The notes under the pieces are model-generated. The model was not told the origin of the DNA and made no database searches. It saw only the letters and a program-made list of their open reading frames with translations. Below are positions 23,463 through 36,463 of a stretch of DNA of 64,000 nucleotides, in pieces (the first letter of the stretch is position 1; each line of letters starts with the position of its first letter). Origin of the DNA: Fonticula alba ATCC 38817 (lineage: Eukaryota > Protista > Nucleariida); NCBI GenBank assembly GCA_000388065.2, contig KB932204.1. One strand, 5' to 3'. A program made the translations under genes and the position numbers.

Positions 23463-24152
23463 AATCATTCATGGGCAAGGAGGCCTCCGGAGGGTTATTT
23501 GTTGTTTTGGATTCCGGATCCCGCTCTCTGCCCCGTGCCTTCTTTTGAATGCGGGCCACGCCCCCTCCATCTCCTCACCCCTCCGGCTGGGTCCCACTCG
23601 CCGTGGCCTCCGCGCCAGGGTGTTTGCTTGTACCTGCTTGTGCGATCGAAGCAACAAACCACCTCCATTTCCACCACCTCGCTGAGTGGACAATGTGCAC
23701 CCATCGGGCCGCCCGCCGGCCCTTGCTCCTCCCCGTCATCCATGTGCTTCCCTCCCCCCTCCAGGGTGCTCCCCCCGGCAGTCCTCCCCCTCACTCTTGT
23801 GCCCTCTTCCAAGGTGCTGGGACCTTGAGCGATTGGTCCTTTTCTGCTCAGCACCTGGGTCCACCGCCCCATTGTGCCCAGGCGCCGACATCGTGCCAGG
23901 AAGCAATTGTGGCAGAGTTTCCCGATGTTGCTCTTCCTAAAGACGCAGATGACCGGAGCCGCTGCTTCCCTCCCCGTTTGATGGTGTTTCTGTCTGTGCT
24001 TGATGTGTCTTTTCGGGGCATCGCGAGAGAGTGATTCTCGGACATCCCCCGGCGGCCGCCGGCCTCGCACACCCGAGACACACTCTTCGTCATCAAAACG
24101 CACGGACACACACAGTTAAAAGCACCCGCATGGGCCTGGCGGCCAAGAAGCT

Positions 24153-24234
24153 ACCGGTGTGTCCGAGTGGTTAAGGAGTCTGACTCGAAATCAGATGGGC
24201 TCTGCCCGCACAGGTTCAAATCCTGTCGCCGGTG
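24153..24234 (+). tRNA. tRNA-Ser (CGA), copy 2
   Basis: 82 nt identical to copy 1 in opposite orientation, with a downstream T-run. Confidence 0.96.
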
Positions 24235-24341
24235 CATCTTTGTTTTTGCCCCTCTGGACTCGGCTTTTGTCAGCCGTGCGGGGGGACAGCGCGCACACCG
24301 CTCTGAGACCCAACCCGAGCAAGTGGCGGCGTTGCCACCCG

Positions 24342-24475
<134 letters not shown>

Positions 24476-24931
24476 TTGCCCCGGGTGGAAAAAGGGTAAA
24501 TCTGCGTGTATAAAAGTACAAAATCTGCGTGTGCGCGCATGCTTGCTTGCTGAGGGGAGAGAGAGAGAGAGAGATGAGAGAACGGGGGGGGGGGGACCTC
24601 GGTCGAGAAAGGGAGGAATTATCTCTGTTCTAATGAATGTGCAGGCACGGGTGGGTGTGCAAGCTGGGAGCCGGGGAAGCTCCTCCCTGACTAAATGTGT
24701 GTACATGGCAGTGCGCATGGGGACACGCGGGCGGAAAGAGACACCTCCGCCGGCGGAAGGATGGCCTCGTATACAACCCTTTTTTTCTGTCGCCCCCCCC
24801 TCCTTCCCTCGCACTCTCTCGCTGGTGGCCGGAGGGGGGGGGGGGGGGGGCCTGACACGATCACACATGCACACACACACACACACATAGTCACACATGT
24901 GCACGCGCGCTCACACATATGTCGTCGCGCC

Positions 24932-26069
24932 CTAAACATCGGCCTGAGGTTGGCGAGAGGCGACCGCAGCGGCAGCGGCAGCCGATGCGGCCGCAGCCGA
25001 CGCCAAAGCCACTGCCGTGGCGGCAGCCGTGGCGTCGTAGTCGGCGGCCTGCTGCTGCTGCGAAGGGCTGGTCAAGGCCCCGGGAGCGCCGCCGCTGCCG
25101 GCACTCGATCCCGCACCACCACCACCACCACCGGCGCTCATGACTGCCGTGCTGCCACCTGGCGTGAGCGGCGTCAAGGCCACCGAGCTGTTGCTAGACC
25201 CTCGGCTGAAGGAGCTGGCCGTGAGGATGGGAGCCGGCGCGCCGCTGGATCGAGAGAATCGCCCGGCCAGCCAGCGCGACTTGCCGGAAGAGCTGCGCCG
25301 CAGGAGATTGGAGCCCGGACTGCCGGGCCCACCGGCATGCGGGCCCCCCCCGCTGCCCATCAGCACTCCGGCCACACCGCCCTGGGGGGTACTGCCAGAA
25401 CCACTGCCACCGCCCCCGGCACCGGGCATGCCGATGGGGCTGACACTATGCGGCGAGTGATCCCCCGCCTGGTGGATGATGCCGGCCGGATGGAGATGAT
25501 GATGCGGAGACCGGGCAGCCCCGCCGCCGCCGCCGCCAGAGCCCGGGACCAGGGCCCCTCCGTGGCCAGCAGCACTCCCCCCATGCACTTGACCGGGGAT
25601 GCTGACGGTCGGCATGCTGAGGCTACCGGCGGCCGCCATCATCATGTTGCCGCCGTGGCCCAATGGGGCCGAGTGGCTGTGCGGCATCATCACTGCCAGG
25701 CCCGGCTGGTAGGGGGTTTGGTTGTGGTGAAAGCGAAACTGCCCGCCACTGTCCCGGCGGCCCAGCTGCACGCTGGTCCCGGTGTTGGACCCACCGCGGC
25801 CGCGATCTACGGAATTCCCCCGGCTCAGGGAGTGCGGCGTGGGGGCGCTGCTTGCCGGGCAGGACCGGCCACCGGCCAGTGCCATGCCGCCGCCGCCGCC
25901 ACTTGGCGAAAGGAAATCCCCCCCGCCGAGGTCGCTGCTCCCGACCCCGCGCAGGGACCCAGTCGAGGAGGCCAATGACGAGGTGGAGGACGAGAGGGAC
26001 GCCGTGGACCCAGGGTCCGGCGTGCCGGCGGTCAGCTTCACATCCGGCAGAGTGTCTGTGCTGACGGAT

Positions 26070-26110
<41 letters not shown>

Positions 26111-26853
26111 ATGGCTGGCAGTTGCCGAGTACAACAGGTCCTGGAAATCGTAGCCCTGCTTGGCAATGTTCACTCCGATCGGGATCGGATGGCCAACGCC
26201 ATACTGCTGCTGGGTTTCGGCAATGACCGCGCTATAGTCCCGGCCATCGTGGGCGATATAGTGCTTGCGCTCAAGGACAAAGCGCAAGGCCGCCAGCCAG
26301 GCATCGCGCGAGCGCTCCGACGCCAGGTAGAAGCCAAACTCCAAGGTCTGCATCATGACCCCGGAGGTGCTGGACCCGGAGGTGGAGGTCAGATCGTCGG
26401 ACCCGGAGCTGCTTGTGCTGGCATTACTACTACCACCACCGGCGGGCGGGGGGTTGCCACTCATCATGGTGATGGCGATGCCGAAACGCTGGTTGAGGAT
26501 CTGGAATTGGGCATTCAGCTCGACCAGCTCGCGGGTGAGCTGCTCGATGCGCTTCCGGCCCTCCTTGGCCCCGCGCCGGCAGCGATCAATCATGCCGTCG
26601 TTTGGCGTGCCGGCGGCCGCGGCGGCCGCGGCGGCAGCCAACATCCCGCTCCCGGGAACCGGGGAGGGGCCACCCCCTGGCCGGCTGCCGGGGCCGCTGC
26701 CAGTCGGCTGGTCGTCCAATTCGGCTCCATAGGCACCGGCCATCTTCAGGAACGACTGCACGGAGACCTGCTCAACGTTGATGGCGCTGCGAGTTTTCTC
26801 GATGTTCTCTCGCACCTCGATGCCCTCTGCGATAGGCGCAGGCGCAGGCGCAG

Positions 26854-26894
<41 letters not shown>

Positions 26895-29800
26895 CGTGTG
26901 TGTGCACGAATTGTCCCGACAGAAGAAAAAGCAAGCCAATTTGCATGTGAGCAGCAGAAGCAGACAGATGTGGAGGTACACATGCAACCGGAAACACCAC
27001 ACCCGCGTGTCCGACGCCCGGGGCCAGAGACAGAGAATGTGTGCGTGCGTGTGTGCGTGTGCACGTACCCTGACAAAGTGGCGCCTCGATGGCTTTGATG
27101 CCAACAATGCGCTCCAAGTCGGCCATCCACTCGAGGTTGTAGCGGATCGGGCCGCCAGTCTGGAAGAGGTTGGCAAAACTCTGGGCCTTGTCGCCGAGCA
27201 GCAACTTGGAGAAGCCGCCGGGGGAAATCTCCCTCAGGCCAAGGTGGAAGGCCAGCGGCTCCAGCTGATGGATGGAGGCGGTGGTCATGTCCGGAGCACC
27301 GGGGCCAGTCGCGGAAGCGGACCCGCCGCTGCCACCACCTCCCCCGGACATGCCGACCCCGGGAACACCGCCAGCATGACCGGCGGCGGTGGACCCGCCG
27401 ACGCCGGCCGGCCCGGCACTTGCACCGCCAGCGCCGCCACCCCCGGCGGCACCAAACCCAGGGTGCAGCTGATCGCCGGCCGTGATGCCGAGCGTCAATT
27501 GCGGGTGCACAAGACCCCCGTTGACGGTGACCGCCGGCGAGGCCGACGTCTCGGCACACAGGATGATGTCATTCATGAGGAAGAGCATGCGTGTCACACG
27601 CTTCGACTGCGGCTGACACTGGTTGGCTTGGTCCCCGAGCACCGAGAGGGTGGGCGACGACCCGCTGGCCGGGTGGTCGCCGCTCAGGGGACTGGCCGAG
27701 CTGGACCGCTTCATGATCTTCCACCAGGCCTTGCCGCCATTGCCGCTGCTGCTCCCCTTGCTGCCCTTGCCTCCGCCGGGCTGCAGCGCCTCGGGATCAT
27801 TTTCCGGGGCCAGGGCAGCCATCACCGGGCCAACTTGGATCAGCCGGCGCTGGCGCTGGCCCGAGAGATCCTGGATATGGCGGCCAAAGGGTTTTGTGCG
27901 GACGTTAGATGAGAGAATTCCCCGGGCATGCGCACGTCGGGAGATGGCCTGTCGGCCGCATGATTGACCACACTGCCGGTGTATGGGCACAAGACATTGT
28001 GGCCCATGCGGGCGCGAACGCGCGCACATATATACATATATATATACATATACATACACACGCACACACGCACACACGCACACACGCACANNNNNNNNNN
28101 NNNNNNNNNNNNNNNNNNNNNNNNNNNNNNNNNNNNNNNNNNNNNNNNNNNNNNNNNNNNNNNNNNNNNNNNNNNNNNNNNNNNNNNNNNNNNNNNNNNN
28201 NNNNNNNNNNNNNNNNNNNNNNNNNNNNNNNNNNNNNNNNNNNNNNNNNNNNNNNNNNNNNNNNNNNNNNNNNNNNNNNNNNNNNNNNNNNNNNNNNNNN
28301 NNNNNNNNNNNNNNNNNNNNNNNNNNNNNNNNNNNNNNNNNNNNNNNNNNNNNNNACACACACACAAACACACACATACACACACAAACACACACACACA
28401 CACACATGGTCAAGCAAATATGCACATGTGCGTGTGTGCTCCGCGGCTGTGGGGAAAAGGCTGACAGGCAAAAGGGGACCGAGAGAGATGCATCAAAAAT
28501 GAGGGTAGAACACAGCGCGCCGGGCCGGCTCTCGCTATATGGCACACGTACCAAACGGGTGCCCGTGAAATAGGACTCCACACAGGCCAAGTAGCTGCGC
28601 GAGGCCATGTGCTCGGTGTAGTCGTCCATGCAGAGACACACCCTTTGAGCCGACTCGGCTGCCAGGCGCAAATCGTGGCGCTCATTTCGCCGGAGGGAGA
28701 GCTTGCGTGCACTGGGCGAACTCACATGCATGCCATACCCCGGGGCGTCCATCGAATGGTGGGCCCCGCCGGCTCCGCCGATCCCGGGAACCAGGGGCGA
28801 AATGGGCCCGGCAGGGGTGATGCCCCCGCCGGCCGCCATGGCCGCCGCGGTCGAGGCAAACCCACCGCCACCGGCCGCGATCTGCGCGGCCACGGAAGCC
28901 CAGCCGCTCGCGCCACCCGGCACCGGGAAGATCAGGGTCGGTGTCAGCTTGAGGATGGTCTCCACCAGGAGAATGTATCGCGGGACCCGCTGGATCGGGG
29001 CAATCAGCAGGTCCGACGCGTCGTAGCGCTGGCGACTGGCCAGGTCCTGGCTCCGGAGAAGCTTCTGCAACTCGGGCGACTTGGCGCTGATGCGAGCCCG
29101 GATGCCGGCACACCGGTGATATGTGGCCACATAGGCCACATACAGCTGGGTCAAATCCGGACAGGCCAGATAGTGGAGCAGCACATCGCCGATGCGCTGG
29201 CGTGCATGCCAATACACCAGTCGCCGGTGCAGGGTCTCCAAGAGGGCCTGGTGCTGCTGGGCAATCAGGCTCATGATGTGAAAGATATTCCGGAAGGCCG
29301 TTTGCTCGGTGGTGTGCTCGGTGGCCGTCAGGTGAAGGGCCACTGCCCGCAGGGAGCTGCCAGTGCCACCGGCTGCGCCGGTGCCGGCGCCGGCATCGCG
29401 CAATGTCGGCGACATGAGCCCCCCGGGGCCGGAGGCCAGGCTGCTGTGCGAGTGGCCAGCGGCCCCGGTCAAGCTGCGGCCCACGTCGTCCGTGCTGCTG
29501 CCCACCAGGAGGGACGTCTGACTGGCGCTGGCACTGGCACTGGTGCCGGAGGCCGATCCGCCGGTCCCGCCCGCGGGCCCGGTGTTGGCGATCTTGGCGA
29601 TGCTGAGCAGTGGCTCGCGGTAAATTTGAATGAAGTTGTTCAGCGACTCGATGTACACCTCTTCGGTTTCAATGAGCTCGGTGATGGCCAGACGCCGGCG
29701 CTTCAGGTCCAACAGGGTGCGCTTGGCCCGGCGCGCGCGCCACTTCGACTGGAGGTACACCACCAGCCGGGGATGCTCCTGCAGCAGGCCCAGGAACTTG

Positions 29801-31322
29801 ACCGCGAACGGCGTCACAAAGAGGGGCACCGCGGGCGTGGCCGGTGTCGAGGTGTGCACGCTGGCGCTCGACCCACGCCGGTACTGGACCAGGCGATCGG
29901 TCTGCGAGTCGCCCGGGCCCGATGCCAAGAGCGACGGCGACCCGGTGACGGCGCTCATGGAGTTGGACCGGACCGGCGGCCCGCCGGTCACCATCGGCAC
30001 CAGCACAGTCGAGGCGCCCGGCATGAGGTGGGTCCCGCTGGCGCCGAGGAGCGATGCCCCGACCGATCCGCCCCCGGAGCCAGCTTCTCCCGACAAAAGG
30101 AGCGGGCTGCCATCCGGACCCGTGGCCGGGGACACCTCAATCAATGGGGGCGGAGGCATGGGAGGTGAATCGGTCACCGTGACCACGAGGGCCGCGCGCC
30201 GGGGCGTTGGCTGGATGGCCGGGTGGTGGCGGTGCGCGAAGGGCGAGGCAATGGCGGACAGGCACATGACGTGGTTCCAGGGGCCGGGGGGGGGGGGGGG
30301 GAATGTGCGCCGGACACGGTGAGAAACAGGCCAGGGAGGAGGGACATGTCAGGCCCGCGGGAAAGGGCACACAACAACGAGGGCCGATGCTGGCAGGCTC
30401 ATGCGCGCATGAGGAAGGGGCGGAGGGGCGGGGAGGATGCCTGCCCACATGCGCCACTGCGAATGCCATCACATTGCCCCGTGAACAGGCGGGCGAGTGG
30501 GGGGGGATGGATGAAAAGTCGCACCTGCCCTGTGTCGGCGGGCGGCGCACGAGGCGAGTCACCCTGTGCGTCGAAGTACAGGCCGTCCGACTGGACAGAT
30601 CCCGGCGAGGTGGTGTCCCCGAAGGGGGACGTCTTGTCCAAGGTGGGAGCCGCCATGGTGGTGGTGGCCGGCGTGGCCGGCGTGGCCGGCGTGGCTGTGG
30701 AGCTGGTCAGCCCGACGGCGGCCGAGCTGGCTCCCGGGGTCTGGACGCCGGACGCCAGCATCTCGGAGCTGCTTGCCTGATGGATGGTGTCCCGAGAGGG
30801 GGTTTCCACCAGGGTGTCCCTGCTGCGAGAGTCCTCGGCCCCGCTGCCGCGGGTGCCAGCCCCCTGGCTGGAGGAGGGATCGGCCGCGAGGGCAAGATTG
30901 GCCAGGGAAAGAGCCGTCGGGACCGTGGGCACCGGTGACCCGGGGCCGCTGGCATTATTGCCAGCCCCGCCAAGAGGAGACGGACTGCTGGGGGTGCCGT
31001 TGCCGCTGGACGGGAGCCCCGGTGACCGGGGGGCCTGCACGCGCCCACTCCCAGGCCCGGATGCTCGGGCAGCAGCCAGGGCCACTGCGGTGGCAGCCGA
31101 GATGATGGCAGCCTGGCGCGAGGATAGAACCGTCGGCGAGGCATTGCCTCCGCCGCTGGTGTTGACTCCGGCAGTCAGAGGGGGGGAGTGCTGGCCCGCC
31201 ATGGCAGTGGTTTTGACTGTCAGGCCGGGCACATTGGCCGCGGCCGGCGACGCGGCGCGCCCCGGGGTGGTGAAGGAGCTGGCATCGGCCGCCGGTGGCG
31301 GCGGCGCGGTGGGGTTTGTCAT
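24932..31322 (-). CDS. Large Rho-family GEF with IQ motif, Dbl-homology domain, PH-like segments and coiled coil; multi-exon, gap in an intron
   Basis: IQ-like VYLQSKWRARRAKR, DH hallmarks RRLAITELIETEEVYIESLNNF, IFHIMSLI...HQALL...IGDVLL and DLLIAPIQRVPRYILLVETILKLTP. Downstream PH-like RMLFLMNDIILCA and FYLASERSRDAWLAAL. Exact termini are uncertain. Confidence 0.85.
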
Positions 31323-31506
31323 CGTGCGTGCTGCTGGCAGGGTGAGGATAGAGTGGTGGCACTGGTGTCAGAGGGCGAGGCAGGGCGGCAGGAGGAGGGG
31401 GGGGGAGGGAGGCAATCGCCCGAAGAGCGGCCGGAAGGGCAGGCCCAGGAGCAGGGCACTCGAGGGGAAGCATACTGACGGACACGGTACCGTGATTGCG
31501 TTGGGG

Positions 31507-32202
31507 NNNNNNNNNNNNNNNNNNNNNNNNNNNNNNNNNNNNNNNNNNNNNNNNNNNNNNNNNNNNNNNNNNNNNNNNNNNNNNNNNNNNNNNNNNNNNN
31601 NNNNNNNNNNNNNNNNNNNNNNNNNNNNNNNNNNNNNNNNNNNNNNNNNNNNNNNNNNNNNNNNNNNNNNNNNNNNNNNNNNNNNNNNNNNNNNNNNNNN
31701 NNNNNNNNNNNNNNNNNNNNNNNNNNNNNNNNNNNNNNNNNNNNNNNNNNNNNNNNNNNNNNNNNNNNNNNNNNNNNNNNNNNNNNNNNNNNNNNNNNNN
31801 NNNNNNNNNNNNNNNNNNNNNNNNNNNNNNNNNNNNNNNNNNNNNNNNNNNNNNNNNNNNNNNNNNNNNNNNNNNNNNNNNNNNNNNNNNNNNNNNNNNN
31901 NNNNNNNNNNNNNNNNNNNNNNNNNNNNNNNNNNNNNNNNNNNNNNNNNNNNNNNNNNNNNNNNNNNNNNNNNNNNNNNNNNNNNNNNNNNNNNNNNNNN
32001 NNNNNNNNNNNNNNNNNNNNNNNNNNNNNNNNNNNNNNNNNNNNNNNNNNNNNNNNNNNNNNNNNNNNNNNNNNNNNNNNNNNNNNNNNNNNNNNNNNNN
32101 NNNNNNNNNNNNNNNNNNNNNNNNNNNNNNNNNNNNNNNNNNNNNNNNNNNNNNNNNNNNNNNNNNNNNNNNNNNNNNNNNNNNNNNNNNNNNNNNNNNN
32201 NN
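31507..32202. other. Largest assembly gap (N run). Other gaps: 16367-16428, 28091-28355, 35356-35512, 42498-42507, 44180-44359, 47094-47207, 62560-62649
   Basis: Runs of N, almost all flanked by poly-G/C or dinucleotide repeats. Confidence 0.98.
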
Positions 32203-35200
32203 GGGGGGGGGGGATCGACCGGTATGATGCGGGGGCGCCGCAAGCCCGGCCCAATGCCCCGGGGGCAAATGCTGCGTCTCTGCCTGGGGTCTGTGGGGGA
32301 TTGTGCGTCCCCTTCCTGCCAACAGGGGGGAGGGGGGCAGGCGAGCGCCGGAGAAACATCGCACCAGAGTGGGGGCCCCTTCGCCCTGGGACCCTGCCAC
32401 CGGCGTTTGCCGTCCACCCGGCCGGGGCCCAGACCGCCGAGGCGCGGAGCGGCAAAGGGGTGGCAATTGCGCGAACGAGCGAGCAACGCCAGAGCCAAAT
32501 TAATGACCCGTGCGATCGCATAGTCGCCCAGGTCTTCGGCAGCGTCGCCCGGGCGCCCTTCTCCCTGCCTGTGCAGGGCGGGGGGGGGGGGGGGGCGCTT
32601 GCCACCGCGGCTCCCCTGCCCAACCGGTCTGGCGCGCCGCCATGTGCACATCGGTGTCGGACGCGCAAGCGGCCGGAAATGCCCGGGAAAACATGCGCTC
32701 CCCGAGGACCGGCTGATCTGTGGCGACCTCGTCTGCACGCACACGAGGGGGGCGGCCAGCCGGCGGGGGGGGCCAGCGCCGAACGATCTTGATGGTGATC
32801 GGCCGCCGCGCCCCCCCCCAAGCGCAGATTCACACATCTACGGGTGTCTAGCCCTTGATCAGGCACGTCTCCAAATGGGGGATGGAGGGCCCGAGTGACT
32901 GTGAGAAGGGGGACACAAACCACTTTGGGGCACATTGAGGGACAACCAGCCCGACGCCAAGGGGCGAGGCAGAGAGTCATGGGCGAGGTTCGCGCTCGCC
33001 CCACTATGTGCGGTGGCAATTTTGGCCGCTCTCCGGCACTGAGTCCGGCGGCTGTTATTGCCTTCCGAAATACTTTGTCCCCGGGAGGGCGACCCAGCGG
33101 CAGGCCTCTCGCGAGCTGTGCCCCATGCGGCGGCCTCCGGTCGGGCCGTCCCTCGCGCCGGCGGACGACCGGGAAGACGCCAGCAGGCTGTGGCTTGCCG
33201 CTGCCCCGCGGCGAGCACAAGCAGGCGCACACCGGGCCGCGCCACAACCAAAGGCCCGATGGACCTGACTCACAGCCGGGACTCAACGCCAGTGACGAGA
33301 TATTGATTGTCGGTCCCCCCCCCCCCCCGCCTGGCCGGCCGGGAAGCCAGTTTCCTCGTGGGGGCTTTTGTTGTTTTTTTTTTCCCCCCGCCCCCCTCCA
33401 GCCAGCCGCCTGGGACCAGGCGGGGCCGGGGGACACGAGTGTGCGACGGCGGCTACGCGCACGGGCAACAGACCGCCAGGCATGCAACTGCGCCAGCAGC
33501 CGAGCTCCCACTCCCCCTTCCCTGGCGCCATCCCGGTGCACTGGCGCGCTCGGCCCTGCCACGCATGCAGCAGGGGCGAGGCGCCCCAACGAGCACAGGC
33601 AACACGCGCAAACACACACACACACACACGCGCATCCATCTCCGCGCACGCACGCCACTGAGGACGCCCAGAGGGGCAGCGCTCCTCCCGGGCGAGCCAG
33701 GGGCCAGTCTTTCCCACGCGGGGCACCGACCGCCCGGCGCTGGCATTCCTACCTCTCGAAGGGAGGGGGACCCCGCCTTGGGGCGGCTCGAGGGAGTCAT
33801 GCGCGCCCGGGCCCGGGCCCCCGCCCTGTCTCCCCCCGCCCGCAGCCACAGCGCCATGAGACGGGGGGGGGGGGGGGGAGAAGGACAGGGAAAAGCCCAA
33901 CAACCAAACGCCCCCCCCTCGGGGCGCTGGTTCTGCCCAGGTCGCTCTGCTCGGATGCCGGCGTGACACTGCTGTTTTCGCTGGCCGGCCAGAGCCGTCG
34001 GCCCGGCTATCGGCGGGGGGGGCGGGGCATGCGCATTAAGTCGCACGACCCGCATGGTCGCTTTCCCGGGAACAGTGGCCGCCGGAGCCGGCGACGCAAA
34101 GTGTCTGCAGGGAAAGGCCCCTAATCTCCCGGCGGACCGATGCACCCCATTCCCCCCTGGCACCATTGGTGGTCCTTCGTCGCGCCGGCGGGCTTTTCGG
34201 CCACGGTGAGGTGACACGGGGGCGCCAGGGAACACGGAGCAATATACACCCAGGCACGTGTGTGTGTGTGTGTGAGGGGGGTCCGTCGGTGCGGTGTATA
34301 TATGCGTGAGTGTGAGCCGCCGCACGCATGCGTCTACAGAGCACGGGAAGTGCCAGGCACACACATACAGGATGCATATTGCCGAGCTATTATTAGAGTG
34401 GGTGCTGGATTTCGGCTCGGCGGTTTCGCCGTCCCCACCCCCCCCCCCGGGGGGCGGGGCGGGGATGATGGAGCCGACCACTCGATGCCCGCGCGCGCCC
34501 CGCCTCTCCCCGCTTCCGGGCCGGGGAACCCCCCAGGGCGCATTGGTCGTTGAGCCCTGAGAGCACCCTTCGAGCGGACCCGGGCCCGGCGGACCCGGGG
34601 CCGCGGCACAAGGGCGCCGCGCCCACAGGCCCCGGCAACACCCGGCCTGCTCTCGCTATGGCCCCTCGCCACGGAAAAGCGAAGAGGTGGAGGTGTTGGC
34701 ATCTCCCCTCTCCCAGCCGGGGGGTGAAACCAGGCCCCTCCCTCCTCCGCCCTTGCGCCACTTGGCTTTCGAGGGTGCCGCTCGCGCAAGGGCGAGCCAG
34801 ACATCACCTGTACACTATGATGCCAAAGGGGAGCCAGCCCCATTCACACGGCGCCATACTGGAGACACCGCGTGCTGCCGGCCGCCGGGGCAGCGGTTGG
34901 CCGCCGCCGCCGCCGCCGCCGCCAGCACCACCCCCCCTGGCCGTGACGGCCGACCGGGCCCGGGCGGAGAGGAGATGGCCCGAGGGCGCGTGGCCCGCCC
35001 AAGACACAACACCGGTCACTGGGAAGATGGCGAGAAGGGGGAAGGGGCCGGGGCCGGGGGAGACAAAGCCAAGCGTGTTGCGTGCTCTGGCCGCCTCTTT
35101 GCTGAGCATTTTTCCCAGATGTTAACCGCTGGCACGCCCGTCTTGGCGAGCCCCAGGGCGCGACAACCCTTCGACTGCCCACGGCGCCGAGGGATGTTGA

Positions 35201-36463
35201 GTCCCCACCGTGACATACCTGCCGCCGGGAGGCCGCCCGACTGGGCGCGGCAGCTCCCCCAAAGAGTCCCACCGGCCCCCGCGCCTCCTCCCGTTCCGGT
35301 CTCCTGCCCTCTGGGGCCCTGGGCCTTCGCCCCCCCCCCCCCCCCCCCCCCCCCCNNNNNNNNNNNNNNNNNNNNNNNNNNNNNNNNNNNNNNNNNNNNN
35401 NNNNNNNNNNNNNNNNNNNNNNNNNNNNNNNNNNNNNNNNNNNNNNNNNNNNNNNNNNNNNNNNNNNNNNNNNNNNNNNNNNNNNNNNNNNNNNNNNNNN
35501 NNNNNNNNNNNNGGGGGGGGGGGGGGGTGGGGCACACCGAACAGGCGCATCCGTCGGAGCCCGCGAGCCTGGGCCGACGGTCTGGGGCCGCTCCATGTGG
35601 CCCGGCCCAGACGGACGCCCGGTACCTGAACGCCGAACGCCGGCATGAGCCTTCCCCATTCCTACGACCTGCTCCCACGTTCATTCGCCGGCACACCGAC
35701 CACAGGAATGGTCGCCCGCGCCACGCACCCCCGTTGGTGTCGCAGGCCCCCCCCCCCCGCCCCCCCGCAGGAGCAGGCCGCCCTCCTCGCCTGGGATGGC
35801 CCAGACGTTTCCGTCGTCAAAACCGGCCCCGGATCCCGCCCCCCGCGCCCGACCCCCCCCTCTCCCCTGCGCTTGAAGAGATCTCGTCTCCCGGAGCACC
35901 GAGGCCGGAGGCCGAGGCGCTGGCCCACAGAAACCGTCACTGCCCTCGTCAGAGAGTGGGCCCGCCCATGAATCTCCACCCGCATCCCCGGCACGTTGGG
36001 CAGAGAGGGAGAGAGAGAGAGCGAGAGACACACACACACACACAGGCGCACACATAGAACGCATGCTGTTTCCGTCCCACCTCGCCGGAAATGCCCCCCC
36101 CCCCATTGCCCCAAGCCCGCCGGCGGCCAAAGAGAACTGGACCGGGAACGCCCGTGGCCCTCGCCCCCGGGCCCCATGACAGCCACATCACTTTGTGGCA
36201 ACAGCCCACGGATCTGTCTCAGAACCTCCCACAGCCGAATAGCCGGGCCCCCGTTCGAGTTGCCCACCGCCCCGTCCCGCCCCGCCCCGTCCCGCCCCGC
36301 CCCGTCCCGCCCCCCTGGCCCGGCGCAGGCAGGAAATATGGCGCTACACCGGCGGCCGCGGCTCAAGCAGATCCCAACGCAATCTATCAATCCGTCGGCA
36401 TCATGCCGCCAGTTGCATTCCTTAATCCAGACAGACGAAGTGCATTCCCCCGGAGGCGGGCCA

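Noticed and set aside
23495-24109. ORF between the two tRNA-Ser genes with CHNC, suggesting a tRNA-targeting retroelement gag
   Set aside because: The spacing is not CX2CX4HX4C, and there are no RT, integrase, LTR or TSD features.
28609-30168. Long plus-strand ORFs antisense to real genes (also 30784-32523, 44136-45929, 3647-4720 and others)
   Set aside because: These are shadow ORFs of GC3-rich coding sequence on the opposite strand, or frames running through repeats and N-gaps, with no recognisable domains.
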